Origin: an uncultured Actinomycetes bacterium
Lineage (GTDB): Bacteria > Actinomycetota > UBA4738 > HRBIN12
DNA: 64,000 nucleotides
Assembly: GCA_963716935.1 (NCBI GenBank)
Contig: CAVQUN010000006.1
Coordinates: forward strand, 163,241-227,240
Direction of reading: 5' to 3'
Part shown: one piece after another, positions 31,655 through 42,726 of the stretch
Position numbering within the stretch: position 1 is the stretch's first letter
Layout: each line of letters opens with the position of its first letter
Notes under the pieces: generated by a model
Databases searched by the model: none
The model's input: the letters and a program-made list of their open reading frames with translations, nothing else
Told to the model about the DNA's origin: nothing
Translations under genes and position numbers: made by a program

Positions 31655-32881
31655 TTACGAACGCTTGCGCTCGAGGTCGAGGAAGGGCAGGTCGACGACC
31701 GTCGCCGGCACCTGGCCGCGCTCGCCCTCGACGCTCCACTCGACGCCCACGCGGGCACCCCGCCGGGCGAGCGAGGGCGGCACCGATCCGAAGCCGACCA
31801 TCTTCTTGATCGTGGGACCCCAGGCGAGGCTCGTCGCCCGGCCGACCTGGCGGCCGCCGGCGAACACCGGGACCGCGTCGCGGTGCACGAGCGGCGAGAT
31901 CGCCGGCGGCAGGTCGTGCGCCGCGTAGCGCTGCTCGATGCCGTTCCAGTCGAGCTCGAGCCCGACGAGACGCCGGGCGGGCCCGCCTCCCTTGCGCTCC
32001 ATCTCGAGCGCGTGCCGGCCGACGAAGCTCGGCTTGTCGAGATCGACCAGGCGGCCGAGGCCGATCTCGAACGGCGAGTAGGTCTGCTCCTGGCTGATCG
32101 CGTGGCGCGCGCTCGTGTAGTCGGCCTCGATCAGGATCAGGCCGGACTCGACCCGGGAGACGTCGAGCGCCCGGATCCCCGCCGGACGGATCCCGTGCGG
32201 TTCTCCCGCCTCCCAGAGCGCGTCCCAGATCTCGACGGCGGCCGAGGCCGGCACCCAGATCTCGTAGCCGAGATCGCCCGTGTACCCGGTGCGGGTCACG
32301 TGCAGGTCGACGCCCGCGATCTCGGACCGCCGGTGGCCGAAGTACCGAACGTCGCTCCAGTCGGCGCGGGTGACGGCCTCGAGGACCTCACGCGAGCGCG
32401 GACCCTGGAGCGCGACGCCCGCGACCTCCTCCGAGACGTCGTCGATCGTCACGTCGAGCTCGGCGGCGTTCAGAGCGAGCCATCGGTAGGTCGGGTCAGC
32501 CGCGGTCAGGAAGAGCTCCTGCTCGGCCCGCCGCGTGACCGTGCCGTCGTCGATGACCTTGCCGTCCTCGTTGCACCACGGCGTGTACGCCACGCGACCG
32601 ACGCGAAGCCGCCCGACGTCGCGCGTGATCACCCGGTCGACGAGACGCGCGGCGTCGGGGCCTGTCACGAGGTACTTGTAGAGGGGCGAGACGTCGATCA
32701 GCGCGGCCTGTTCGCGGATCGCGTTGTACTCGATGTCGTGGAAGTCGGCGTAGACGGCGGCCGCGAAATAGCCGGACCACTCGCCCCAGGCCATCTTGGC
32801 GTTGAGGGCCGACGTGCGCGGGTGAAAGGCGGTCCCGATGCTCACGGAGCAAGCGTAGCCCCGGCCCTCGGGGGCGGGCAT
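31655..32881 (-). CDS. aminomethyltransferase (GcvT/DmdA-like folate-binding) family protein
   Basis: GcvT-fold motifs (ALIDVSPLYKYLVTGPDA, YTGDLGYEIWVP, C-terminal barrel). ATG at 32881 or GTG at 32846. The 740-aa ORF in the track is an upstream artefactual extension. Confidence 0.8.
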   Translation of the reverse strand: MPAPEGRGYACSVSIGTAFHPRTSALNAKMAWGEWSGYFAAAVYADFHDIEYNAIREQAALIDVSPLYKYLVTGPDAARLVDRVITRDVGRLRVGRVAYTPWCNEDGKVIDDGTVTRRAEQELFLTAADPTYRWLALNAAELDVTIDDVSEEVAGVALQGPRSREVLEAVTRADWSDVRYFGHRRSEIAGVDLHVTRTGYTGDLGYEIWVPASAAVEIWDALWEAGEPHGIRPAGIRALDVSRVESGLILIEADYTSARHAISQEQTYSPFEIGLGRLVDLDKPSFVGRHALEMERKGGGPARRLVGLELDWNGIEQRYAAHDLPPAISPLVHRDAVPVFAGGRQVGRATSLAWGPTIKKMVGFGSVPPSLARRGARVGVEWSVEGERGQVPATVVDLPFLDLERKRS

Positions 32882-32911
32882 CGGAGGCCCTGACCAGTAG
32901 TCACGGGCCCC

Positions 32912-34546
32912 ATGGCCGGGGAACCGGCGCGCTCCTACGATGGCGACGTGGGCACGCGCTACGACGCGATCGTCATCGGTGGCGGGCACAACGGCCTGAC
33001 GGCTGCGGCGTACCTCGCGCGTGCCGGCCGCTCGGTCCTGGTCCTGGAGAAGCGCCACGTGCTCGGCGGCGCCGCGGTGACCGAGGAGGTCTACCCCGGC
33101 TTCCGCTTCAGCGAGCTCTCGTACGTGGTCTCGCTGCTTCGCCCGGAGATCATTCGCGAGCTCGAGCTGCCGCGCCACGGCCTCGAGATCCTGCCGCTGG
33201 ACGGCACCCTCACGCCGCTCGACGACGATTTCCTGTGGCGCGTGAACGACCACGGCGCCACGATCCGCGAGCTTCGCCGCTGGTCCAAGAGCGACGCGGA
33301 GGCGTATGAGGAGTACGGCCAGCTGATGGCCGACATGGCGCGGTTCATCAAGCCGATCCTGTCGGTCGTCCCCCCAGACCCCGGCAAGTTCAACCCGTTC
33401 GACTGGGGGCCGATCGTCGGGCTCGCAAAGACGTTCCAGCAGCTTCCGGAGCGCCTGCAGTCGACGTTCGCCCAGCTCATGACGATGAGCGCGACCGAGT
33501 TCCTGCAGCAGTGGTTCGAGACCGACCCGCTCATCGCGACGATGTCGGCCTCGGGCATCATCGGGACGTTCCAGGGCGTGCGGTCGCCCGGCACCGCGTA
33601 TGTGCTCCTGCACCACTACATGGGCGAGATCGACGGCGCGTTCCGCGCCTGGGGCATCCCGCGGGGCGGCACCGGCGGCATCTCGAACGCGATCGCCTCG
33701 GCGGCCCGCGCGCTCGGCGCTGAGATCCGCACGGAGGCGCCGGTCGCGCGGATCGACGTTCACGGCGGAAGGGCGATGGGCGTGGTGCTCGAGTCGGGCG
33801 AGGAGATCTCGGCCGGCACCGTGCTCTCGAGCGTCGACTCGCACGTCACGTTCCTCAAGCTCGTCGAGGCCTCGCACCTCGAGCCGTCGTTCCTGGACGA
33901 GGTGCGGCGCTACAAGTACCGGGGCTCGAGCGGGAAGGTGAACCTCGCGCTCGACGCGCTCCCCGAGCTCGCGTGCAAGCCGGGTAAGGGTGAATGGCTC
34001 CGCGGCGCGATCAGCTTCTCGCCGTCGGTCGAGTACCTGGAGCGCGCGTACGACGACGCGAAGTACGGGCGCTTCTCCCGGCGGCCGTACATCGACTGCA
34101 TCATCCCGACGCTGGTCGATCCGTCAATGGCGCCGCCCGGCAAGCACGTCATGTCGTGCTTCGTCCAGTACGCGCCCTACCACCTGTCCGACGGACGCGT
34201 CTGGGACGACGCGGAGCGCACCGCGTTCGGCGACACCGTGGTCGACACCCTCGAGGAGCGGTTCCCGAACCTTCGCAAGCTGATCCTGCACCAGCAGACG
34301 CTCACGCCGAAGGACATCGAGGACATGACCGGCCTCACCGAGGGCAACATCTTCCAGGGCGAGCTCTCGCTCGAGCAGCTGTTCTTCAACCGCCCGGTCC
34401 CGGGGTGGGCGCGCTACCGGACGCCGGTCGACCGCCTGTGGATGTGCGGGTCGGCCACGCACCCCGGCGGCGGCATCATGGGCGCGCCGGGAAGGATCGC
34501 GGCGCTCGAGCTCCTGAAGTCGCAGCGAACGAAGGCGGTGTCGTGA
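32912..34546 (+). CDS. phytoene-desaturase-family (CrtI-like) FAD-dependent oxidoreductase
   Basis: YDAIVIGGGHNGLTAAAYLARAG dinucleotide-binding motif. Length and C-terminal CGSATHPGGGIMGAPG typical of the CrtI/amine-oxidase superfamily. True start may be GTG at 32949. Confidence 0.75.
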   Translation: MAGEPARSYDGDVGTRYDAIVIGGGHNGLTAAAYLARAGRSVLVLEKRHVLGGAAVTEEVYPGFRFSELSYVVSLLRPEIIRELELPRHGLEILPLDGTLTPLDDDFLWRVNDHGATIRELRRWSKSDAEAYEEYGQLMADMARFIKPILSVVPPDPGKFNPFDWGPIVGLAKTFQQLPERLQSTFAQLMTMSATEFLQQWFETDPLIATMSASGIIGTFQGVRSPGTAYVLLHHYMGEIDGAFRAWGIPRGGTGGISNAIASAARALGAEIRTEAPVARIDVHGGRAMGVVLESGEEISAGTVLSSVDSHVTFLKLVEASHLEPSFLDEVRRYKYRGSSGKVNLALDALPELACKPGKGEWLRGAISFSPSVEYLERAYDDAKYGRFSRRPYIDCIIPTLVDPSMAPPGKHVMSCFVQYAPYHLSDGRVWDDAERTAFGDTVVDTLEERFPNLRKLILHQQTLTPKDIEDMTGLTEGNIFQGELSLEQLFFNRPVPGWARYRTPVDRLWMCGSATHPGGGIMGAPGRIAALELLKSQRTKAVS

Positions 34547-36135
34547 CGACCTACGACGCGATCGTGATCGGCGCCGGGCACAACGGCCTCGCCGCCGCCG
34601 CATACCTCGCGAGGGCCGGTCGTCGCGTGCTCGTGCTCGAGCGCCGCGAGCGCGTCGGCGGGATCCTCGACACCGTCGAGATCGCCGAGGGATTCCGAGC
34701 TCCCGGCATCGTCCACACGGTGGGACGGCTCCGCCGCTCGGTGATCCAGGACTTCGGGCTCGTGCGGCACGGCCTAGTCACGATCGAGCCGGCCGTCCGC
34801 GTGTTCGCGCCGCAGCCCGACGGCCCGGCGCTCACGCTGTGGGCCGACGCCGCGCGGACCGCGACCGAGCTTCGCGACCGCTCGCCCGCCGACGCGGACG
34901 CCTATCCCGCGTTCGACCGGCGGATCCGGGCGCTCGCGAGCTTCCTCTCGTACCTACACGCGATCACGCCGCCGGACGTGAAGAACCCCTCGATGGCCGA
35001 CGCGATGAACGGGCTGAAGCTCGGCAACGCCTTCCGCCGGCTCGGGAAGAAGCCCGGACGCGAGGCCACGCGGGCGCTCCCGATGGCGATCGCCGACTAC
35101 GTGGCGGAGGCGTTCGAGACCGACGCGATGCGCGGCGCGATCGCGGCGCGGGCCGTCCAGTACACGGCGATGGGTCCGTGGTCGGCCGGCACGACGGCCG
35201 TCCTGCTCGCCGACTCGGCCGGCAACGACGGCGGCGCGGCCGGCCAGTCCACGATCGCGCGGGGCGGACCCGGAGCGCTCGCCGACGCGCTGGCCGCCGC
35301 AGCGAGCGGGTTCGGCGCCGAGGTCAGGACCGAGGCCGAGGTCGTTCGGGTGCTGACGAGGGACCATCGTGCGTACGGGGTCGCGCTCGCCGACGGCCAG
35401 GAGATCCGAGCCCGGGCCGTCGTCACCGCGGCGGACCCCAAGCGCACGCTCACGACGTTGGTCGACCCCGTGGAGCTCGGGCCGCACCTTCGCTGGCGGG
35501 CCGCGAACATCCGCACGCCCGGCAGGGTGTCGAAGGTCAACCTCGCGCTCGACGGGCTTCCCGCCTTCGACGGCGGCGACGCCGAGCGCCTGTCCGGGCG
35601 GATCGTGATCGCGCCCTCGATCGACGAGCTCGAGCACGCCTTCGACGCGTCGAAGTACGGACGCATCGCCGACTCGCCCTACCTCGAGGCGACGATCCCC
35701 TCGATCGCCGACCCCACGCTCGCGCCCGACGGGCGGCACGTGATGAGCGTCGTCGCGCAGTGGACCCCCTACGCGCTCGCCGACGGCGACTGGGCGGCCG
35801 AGCGCGATCGACTCGGCGACCTCGTCGTGAAGGCGCTCGAGCGGTTCGCGCCCGGGCTCGGCGACCTCGTGACCGCGCGACAGGTCCTCACGCCGGTCGA
35901 TCTCGAGACGGAGTACGGGCTGTCGGGCGGCCACGTCTACCACGCCGAGCCCGGGCTCGATCAGTTCTTCGTCTGGCGGCCGCTGCTCGGCCACGCGCGG
36001 TACCGGTTCGGGCTGCCGGGCCTGTATCTCTGCGGCTCGGGGGCCCACCCCGGCGGCGGCGTCACCGGTGCGCCCGGCGCGAACGCCGCCCGCGAGATCC
36101 TCGCCGACCTCAAGGGTCGCTCGCGGGCCTCGTAG
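34543..36135 (+). CDS. phytoene-desaturase-family (CrtI-like) FAD-dependent oxidoreductase, paralog
   Basis: GTG start overlaps the upstream stop (GTGA). YDAIVIGAGHNGLAAAAYLARAG. C-terminal CGSGAHPGGGVTGAPG. Confidence 0.75.
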   Translation: MTTYDAIVIGAGHNGLAAAAYLARAGRRVLVLERRERVGGILDTVEIAEGFRAPGIVHTVGRLRRSVIQDFGLVRHGLVTIEPAVRVFAPQPDGPALTLWADAARTATELRDRSPADADAYPAFDRRIRALASFLSYLHAITPPDVKNPSMADAMNGLKLGNAFRRLGKKPGREATRALPMAIADYVAEAFETDAMRGAIAARAVQYTAMGPWSAGTTAVLLADSAGNDGGAAGQSTIARGGPGALADALAAAASGFGAEVRTEAEVVRVLTRDHRAYGVALADGQEIRARAVVTAADPKRTLTTLVDPVELGPHLRWRAANIRTPGRVSKVNLALDGLPAFDGGDAERLSGRIVIAPSIDELEHAFDASKYGRIADSPYLEATIPSIADPTLAPDGRHVMSVVAQWTPYALADGDWAAERDRLGDLVVKALERFAPGLGDLVTARQVLTPVDLETEYGLSGGHVYHAEPGLDQFFVWRPLLGHARYRFGLPGLYLCGSGAHPGGGVTGAPGANAAREILADLKGRSRAS

Positions 36136-38924
36136 GACCGTCGGCGCGCGCGAGCTCCGCCCGGCCGGACACGCCGAGCTTCGCGTAGATCCGCGCGAGG
36201 TGGCTTTCGATCGTCCGCTCGCTGAGATGCAGGCGTTCGGCGATCGCCCGGGTGGGCAGACCACGCCGCGCGAGCGCCGCCACCTCACGCTCGCGCGGGG
36301 TGAGCTCGCCGACCCGCTGCGCCGCCCGTCGGCCGGCGGGGCCGCGACCCCGAAGATCGGCGCGGGCTCGCTCGGCGAGCACGGGTGCGGGGAGGGCGGC
36401 GTAGAGGGCCGCCGCGTCTGTGAGCGCCTCGAGGTCGCCCGTGCGCTCGAGCGCACGAGCCCGCAGGAACGGCGAGCCGAGCTCCTCCCAGGCGGCCGCG
36501 GCGCGCAGCAGGACGTCGGCGTCGCGATCGACGACGCCCGCCGCGTGGTCGGCGACGGCCGCCGCGAACCCGGTGCCGAGCTCGTCGGCGAGCACTCTCG
36601 CGCGTTCGGTCCAGGCATTCGCCTCGTCGAGGCGGGACGCGTCGACGAGTGACTCGACGACGTCGGCGAGGATCTGCGACTCGAGCGCCGACAGGCCGCA
36701 CCGGCGGAGCCGCCCGGCGGCGCGCAGGAACAGGTCCGCGGCGCGGTCGGCATCGTCCTGGATCCGGGCGAGGTGGGCGGCCCCCCATCGATGCGCCGCG
36801 GAGAACCAGTAGAAGTCACCCTCGCCGTACACGCGCTCCGCCTGACCGGCGAGCGGCCGGATGCGTTGGGTCGATCCCGTGGCCGCGTGGAGCGCCGCGC
36901 CCATCGACAGGACCCAGGCCGAGTGCGCCGAGGGGGCGGTCGGATGCAGTGCGTCCACCGCTTCGCAATCCTCGAGCGCGGATGCCCAGCGGCCGAGGAA
37001 CCAGTCGATCCACGCGCGGTTGAAATAGGCCACGTCGCTGGGGCTCGATCCTCCGGAAAGGAGGGAGTCCACCGTCGTCGCCGCTTCGGCGAGGTGGCCC
37101 TCGAGCGCGAACGTCATCGCGAGCACCCCGCCGTGCCAGCCGATCTGGTTCGCGTCGCCCGTCGCCCTCGCGAGCTCGAGCGCCCGCCCGCCGACGGCGC
37201 GCGCCTCGTCGAAGCGCCCGCGGAGCGCGAGCCCGTGGCCGAGCGGGCCGAGCGCGTGCAGCAGCGTCACCGCGTCGCCGTCTCGCTCGGCGATGGCGAT
37301 CGCCTCACGGCAGGCGTCCTCCTGGGCGGCGAAGTCACCGCCGAAGGCCTGGATCCATCCGAGCTCGTTGATCCCCGCCGCGAGTCGCTCGGGTGCCGCG
37401 CGCTCGAACGCGGCGATCGCGCCGCGCGCCTCCGTCTCGGCGCCCTCGAGATCGCCCATGTTCGTCGACAGGACCGACGCGAGCCGCATGCGCGTGCGTC
37501 CGAGCTCGGCCGGGTCGTCGGCGATGAGGCTCGCGAGCTCGCGGAGAGCCGGCAGCGCGACGGTGTGGTCGGAGGCCTCCGTCGCCTGCCACGCGATCTC
37601 GTCGAGCAGGCTGTGCCGTTCCGGCCGGTCGCCCGAGCGCTCGTCGGTTCCCTCGGGCGTGCCGGCCGGGATGAGCGCGAGCGCGGCCTGGAGGTGCGCG
37701 AGCGCCTCCCGGTGCGCCTGGACCTGTTCGGCTTCCCTCGCCGCCTCGCGGAGCAGCGCGATCGCGTCGCCGTCGCCGGGCAGCGCGGAGCGGGCGACGT
37801 GGTACGCACGGACCGCGAGCGGCTCCGCGAGGAGCGCTCGGGCGAGCCGGGCGTGGACCTCGCGACGGCGCCCGGCACCCATGGCCTCGTAGGCCGCCTC
37901 CTGGACGAGCGGGTGCACGAAGTCGTAGGTCGCGGTCGCGTCCCCGTCGCGTTCGACGAGGAGGGCCCGGCGCGTGAGCTCGTCGAGGGCGGTGCCCGCG
38001 CCCTCGGGCATCGCGAGCGCGAGCTGGCGCAACGGGAACGAGTGGCCGAGCGCCGCGGCGAGCTCGAGAGCCTCGCCGGCCCGGTCCGAGAGCCCGGCCG
38101 CCTCCATGCGGACGCGCTCCTTGACGCTCACCGGAACGACGCGTCGCGTCAGATCCTCGCGGAGCTGCTCGAGCAGGGCCACCGTGTAGAGGGCGTTGCC
38201 GCGAGTCCGGTCGTACAGCCACGGCGCCAGCTCGGCGTCCACGCTCGCGACGCCGAGCACCCGTTCGGCGAGGGTCGCGACGTCGTCGGCTCCGAGCGGC
38301 GCCAGGCGAACGAGGTCGGCGAGCGAGTCCTGCACGAGCGCAGAGACGACGCGTCCGAGCTCGGGCTGGGAGGCCGTCTCGTGCGGCCGGACGGCGGCCA
38401 CGACCGCCACCGGCTCCGAGAGCGGGTTGCGACCCAGGTAGTCGACGAGCTCCCACGTCGAGGGGTCGGATCGATGCAGGTCGTCGAGGAGCAGGAGCAC
38501 GGGGGCGTCGGATGCCGTCCGCGCGAGGGCGCCGCAAAGGGCCTCGAGCACGGCGAGGCGGTTCGGGGAGGAACTCCGGTCCGACCGGGCCCGCACGAGC
38601 GATGGGCAGCGCCGCGGCGAGCGCCTCGCCGTCGTCGCCCACGATGGTCGCCACCCGTGCGGCGGAGCAGGTCCGCAGGTGACGCTCGACGGCCTCGGCG
38701 AGCGTCGCGTACGGGATCGACGACGCGAGGGGGGAGCCCCGGCCGAGCAGCATCGTCGCGCGGCCGCGACTCGCCGTCGCGTGCTCCGCGAGGAGCCGGG
38801 TCTTGCCCACGCCGGGATCGCCGCTCACGAAGACGATGCGCGACCCGTTCGCGCGGACGCGCCGAAGCGTCTCGGCGAGGAGCTCGAGCTCGGCGCGCCG
38901 CCCGACGAGCGCGGGGACGTCCAT
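36110..38924 (-). CDS. LuxR-family transcriptional regulator with N-terminal AAA ATPase and TPR-like region (apparent frame break near 38580)
   Basis: ATG at 38924. P-loop VSGDPGVGKTRLL in frame A. After about 38580 the conserved continuation VLLLLDDLHRSDPSTWEL... runs in frame B to the LuxR HTH (LTPREREVAALARRGLPTRAIAERLHLSERTIESHLARIYAKL). Deleting one G in GCGGGCCCGG joins the two frames. Confidence 0.8.
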
Positions 38925-39074
38925 CGCCGAGCATCCTAGGGTGCCGGCCCACTCGCTTGGGCGCCGGGCGACGCGATTCCGTACCCGTTTGCGTACCGGT
39001 CCCCGATGGCGAAGGGCGCACGCCGCGCCACGATCGTCCGGGCGCTCGAGGGAGCGCCGAGGAGGTGGGATCCG

Positions 39075-39672
39075 ATGGCGTACGAGCTGGAGGGGGACTA
39101 CTTCGAGGCCTGCACCTGCCGCGCGAGCTGTCCCTGCGTGATGCTGAGCCCCGCCACGGAGGACACGTGCGACCTCGTCCTCGCGTGGCACGTCGAGCGC
39201 GGGCACCACGAGGGCGTCGCGCTGGGCGGGCTGAACGTCGTGATGGCGGTCCGCTCGCCGAAGCAGATGACGGACGGGAACTGGACGGCGGCGCTGTACC
39301 TCGACGAGCGCGCCGACGAGGCGCAGAGCGCGGCGCTCCAGGCGATCTTCACCGGGCAGTCCGGCGGCCACCTCGCCGGGCTCGCGCCGCTCATCGGGAC
39401 GGTGGCCGGGATCCAGAGCGCGCCGATCTCCTTCGAGCGTCGGGACGGCGTGCGGGCGCTTCGCGTGGGCGACGTGCTCGAGGCCGAGGTCGAGGAGCTG
39501 CGGGGGATGGACGACTCTCGACCGATCGTGATCGACAACCCGCAGCTCGGCGCCGTCGCCCAGCCGCTCCGTCAGGGCCGCTCGAGCGACGCTGCGCTAC
39601 GACGACGCGTTCGCGTTCGAGACCGCGGATCGCAACAGCTTCATCACCGAGTTCCGATACGAGGCGGTGTAG
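39075..39672 (+). CDS. DUF1326-family protein (Cys-rich, putative metal-binding), apparent +1 frame break near 39590
   Basis: MAYELEGDYFEACTCRASCPCVMLSP matches the DUF1326 N-terminal CxC...CPC signature. The plausible C-terminus LRYDDAFAFETADRNSFITEFRYEAV-stop (stop at 39670-39672) is in the +1 frame. Frame 0 continues as Arg-rich nonsense. Confidence 0.6.
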
Positions 39673-39732
39673 TGGCCACAGCGACGGACGTCCGCGCTCG
39701 CGCGCGAGCGCGTCCCGGCCGCCGCCGCCGTC

Positions 39733-40420
39733 GTGACGGCGGCGGCCTGGGCGCTTTCGATCGGGGCGGCGGCGACCGGACGCGCGAGCCTGCTCGGACA
39801 CGATCACCTGATCGAGGGCGGCGTCTCGCGTCTCGCCGCGATCGGCCTGTTCCTGGTGTCGTGGCAGGTGATGCTCGCGGCGATGATGCTGCCGTCGAGC
39901 CTCGGGATGCTCCGCGCGTTCGGGCGGCTGGCCGACGCGGAGGCGCATCCGACGCGCGTGCGGGTCGCGTTCGTCGGCGCGTACGTGGTGGTGTGGACGG
40001 GGTTCGGGCTCCTGGCGTTCGGCGGCGACGCGATGCTGCACGCGGCGGTCGACGCGTCGGCGTTCCTGCAGCGGTATCAATCGGGGATCGGCGGGCTCGT
40101 CCTGATCGGCGCGGGGGCGTTCCAGTTCTCGGGGCTGAAGGACCGCTGCCTGACCGAGTGCCGCACGCCGGTCGGGTTCCTGATGGAGCGCTACCGGCCG
40201 GGGTCTCGCGCCGCCTTCGCGCTCGGGCTGTCCCACGGGGCCTACTGCGTCGGGTGCTGCTGGGCGCTCATGCTCGTCGCGTTCGCCGTCGGCGTCGGGA
40301 GCCTGCTGTGGATGGCGCTGCTCACGACGGTCATGGTGCTCGAGCGCACCGTGTCCTGGGGGGCGAGGGCGGTGCGCCCCGTCGGGGTGTGGCTCGATCG
40401 TGCTCGGCGCGACCGTGCTG
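39733..40420 (+). CDS. DUF2182-family integral membrane protein (usual partner of DUF1326); 3' end uncertain
   Basis: Five to six TM helices, CVGCCWALML motif. No in-frame stop before moxR, so the end is probably obscured by an indel near 40395-40400. Confidence 0.55.
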
Positions 40421-40509
40421 ATGCAGCTGCCCGGGGATGCCCGGCGCGCTCGGCCCGAGCTGAGCTCGCGCGGGCACGCGGGCGTTCAAGCCTCGTGCCT
40501 GCGAGGTCG

Positions 40510-41488
40510 ATGTCCATGGGGATGCCCCCGGAGGTCGATCTCGGCACGACCGCGGCCGCCATGCGGCGCGTGGCCGACAACGTCGAGCGGGTGATCGCCG
40601 GCGCCCGCGACCAGGTCGAGGCCGCCGTGGTGTGCCTGTTCGCCGAGGGCAACCTCCTGCTCGAGGGCGTCCCCGGGCGTCGGCAAGACGATGCTCGCGC
40701 GCTCGCTCGCCGCCTCGATCGACGGGACCTTCCACCGCATCCAGGCGACCCCCGACCTGCTCCCGTCGGACCTGACCGGGATCTCCGTGTACGACCAGTC
40801 GACGGGCGAGTTCCGGTTCGTCCCGGGACCCGTCTTCGCGAACGTCGTCCTCGTCGACGAGATCAACCGCACCACGCCGCGCACGCAGTCGGCGTTGCTC
40901 GAGCCGATGGAGGAACGCCAGGTGACGGTCGAGAACGTGACCCACGCGCTCCCGCGGCCGTACCTCGTCGTCGCGACGGAGAACCCGGTCGACCAGCACG
41001 GCACCTACCCGCTCCCGGAGGGCCAGCTCGACCGGTTCACGATGACCGTGTCGATCGGCTATCCGGACGACCTGTCCGCCGGCGCGATCGTGCGTCGGCA
41101 GCTCCTGCGGCATCCGATCGAGGAGCTCGGCGTCGTGGTCTCGGCATCGGAGGTCGTCGCGCACCAGCAGGCCGTGCGGACGGTCACCGTGGAGGAGCCG
41201 GTCATCGACTACGTGGTCTCGCTCGCCCGAGCGACGCGCGACCACGGCGACGTGCTGCTCGGGGCGTCGCCGCGAGCGATGGTCTCGCTCACGCGCGCGG
41301 CCCAGGCGCGCGCGGCCATGCAGGCGCGCCCCTTCGTCCTTCCCGACGACGTCAAGGCGATCGCGACGGCGGTGCTCGCGCACCGGCTCGTGCCGCGCAG
41401 TCGCGGGACCGTGGCGAGCGGGACCGCGCGCGACGTCGTGCGGGAGCTGCTCGAGCGGGTGCCCGTGCCGCTCGGCGCCTCCCGCTGA
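40510..41488 (+). CDS. moxR: MoxR-family AAA+ ATPase (apparent frame break at 40675-40677)
   Basis: N-terminus through LLLEGVPG in frame 1. Walker A continues as VGKTMLARSLAASIDGTFHRIQATPDLLPSDLTG..., Walker B VLVDEINR, sensor regions in frame 2. CCCGGGCGTCGGCAAG should read CCCGGCGTCGGCAAG (GVPGVGKT). Confidence 0.85.
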
Positions 41489-42726
41489 TGCCGCGCCCGC
41501 GCCGGCGCGCGGCCGCGTTCGTCGGCGGTGCCGGTCTCCTGTTCCTCGTCGGCACGAGCGTGCAGGCAGGGTGGCTCCTGGTCCTCGCCTCGTGCCTGCT
41601 GGGCGCGACGGTCGCGGGGGTGCTCCTTCCCCGGCGGATGATCCGCGGCCTCGCGTTCGAACGTCGCGCGCCGGCCGAGGCGTTCCAGGGCGAGACCGTT
41701 CGGGTCTCGCTCGTGGTGGCGAATCGGTCGAAGGGCCTTCGGCTCGCGCTCGACCTCCGCGACGAGCACCTGCAGACGGTGCGCGCCTTCGTTTCGCGGG
41801 TCGGGCCGGGGGAGGAGGTCGCCGTCGACACGACGAGGACGGCGTGGCGCCGCGGCGTGCACTCGGCCGCGGACGTGGTGGTGGGTTCGGCGGCGCCGTT
41901 CGGCGTCGCGGAGCGCCGCCGCCGCCTCACGGTCTCGAGCCCCACCGTGGTCTACCCGCAGCTCGTCCCGCTCGACGAGCTCCCCTTCCTCGAGTCGGCG
42001 CCCACGCCGGAGCGCGCGATGCACGCGACGCCGCGACGCGGCACCGGGCACGAGTACCTCGGGATCCGCGAGTACCGGGTGGGCGACTCGATGCGCCACG
42101 TGCACTGGCCCTCGACGGCGCACCACGGGGCGCTGATGGTGCGCGAGTTCGAGCGCGAGCAGACCCGGCGCCTCGCCGTCGTCATCGACTCGGTCACCGA
42201 TCTCGCGGTCGACGGCGCGCCGACGCCGCTCGACCGCTGCTGCTCGGTGGCCGCCTCGGTCGCGTTCGCGGCGCGCGGCGCGGGACAGGGCGTCCGGCTC
42301 GTATCGGCGATCGGCGGCCGCGCCGTCTCGGTCTCCCGAACCGACCCGGCCGCGACCCTGCGCTGGCTCGCCGAGCTCCGCCCGGGCGGCGGCCTGTCGA
42401 TGGCGGACCTGCTCGACCGGCTCGGCGACGAGGTGCTCGGCGCGGCGACGCTCCTGCTCGCGATGCCCACGTGGCGCGCGAACGATCCCGGGGCGCTCGC
42501 CGAGACCGTCGGCGAGCTCGCCGGCCGGGTGCCGCGCGTCGTGGCCGTGCTCGTCGAGGTCCACGCGTTCGACGGGGCGGGCCGAGTGCCGCACCTGGAC
42601 CCGCGACGGGTGAACGTGCTCGAGGACCTCTTCCGCGCGAGCGGTGCGGCGGTCTACCGGATCGACGCCGTGACCGACCTCGCCGGGGTGCTCGGCCGGC
42701 CGGCAGCGATCGGAGCCCGGTCATGA
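41486..42726 (+). CDS. DUF58-domain protein (MoxR partner, vWA-like fold)
   Basis: ATG overlaps the moxR stop (TGATG). Two N-terminal TM helices. DUF58 core (YRVGDSMRHVHWPSTAHHGALMVREFE). Confidence 0.8.

Noticed and set aside
36773-39736. 987-aa plus-strand ORF across the LuxR-AAA regulator region
   Set aside because: Antisense to the regulator, whose Walker A, TPR and HTH motifs are unambiguous on the minus strand.
39006-40421. 471-aa ORF as a single protein
   Set aside because: Only the first about 200 codons (from ATG 39075) are DUF1326-like. Beyond about 39590 the frame is Arg-rich nonsense, while the +1 frame gives a plausible C-terminus and stop at 39672.
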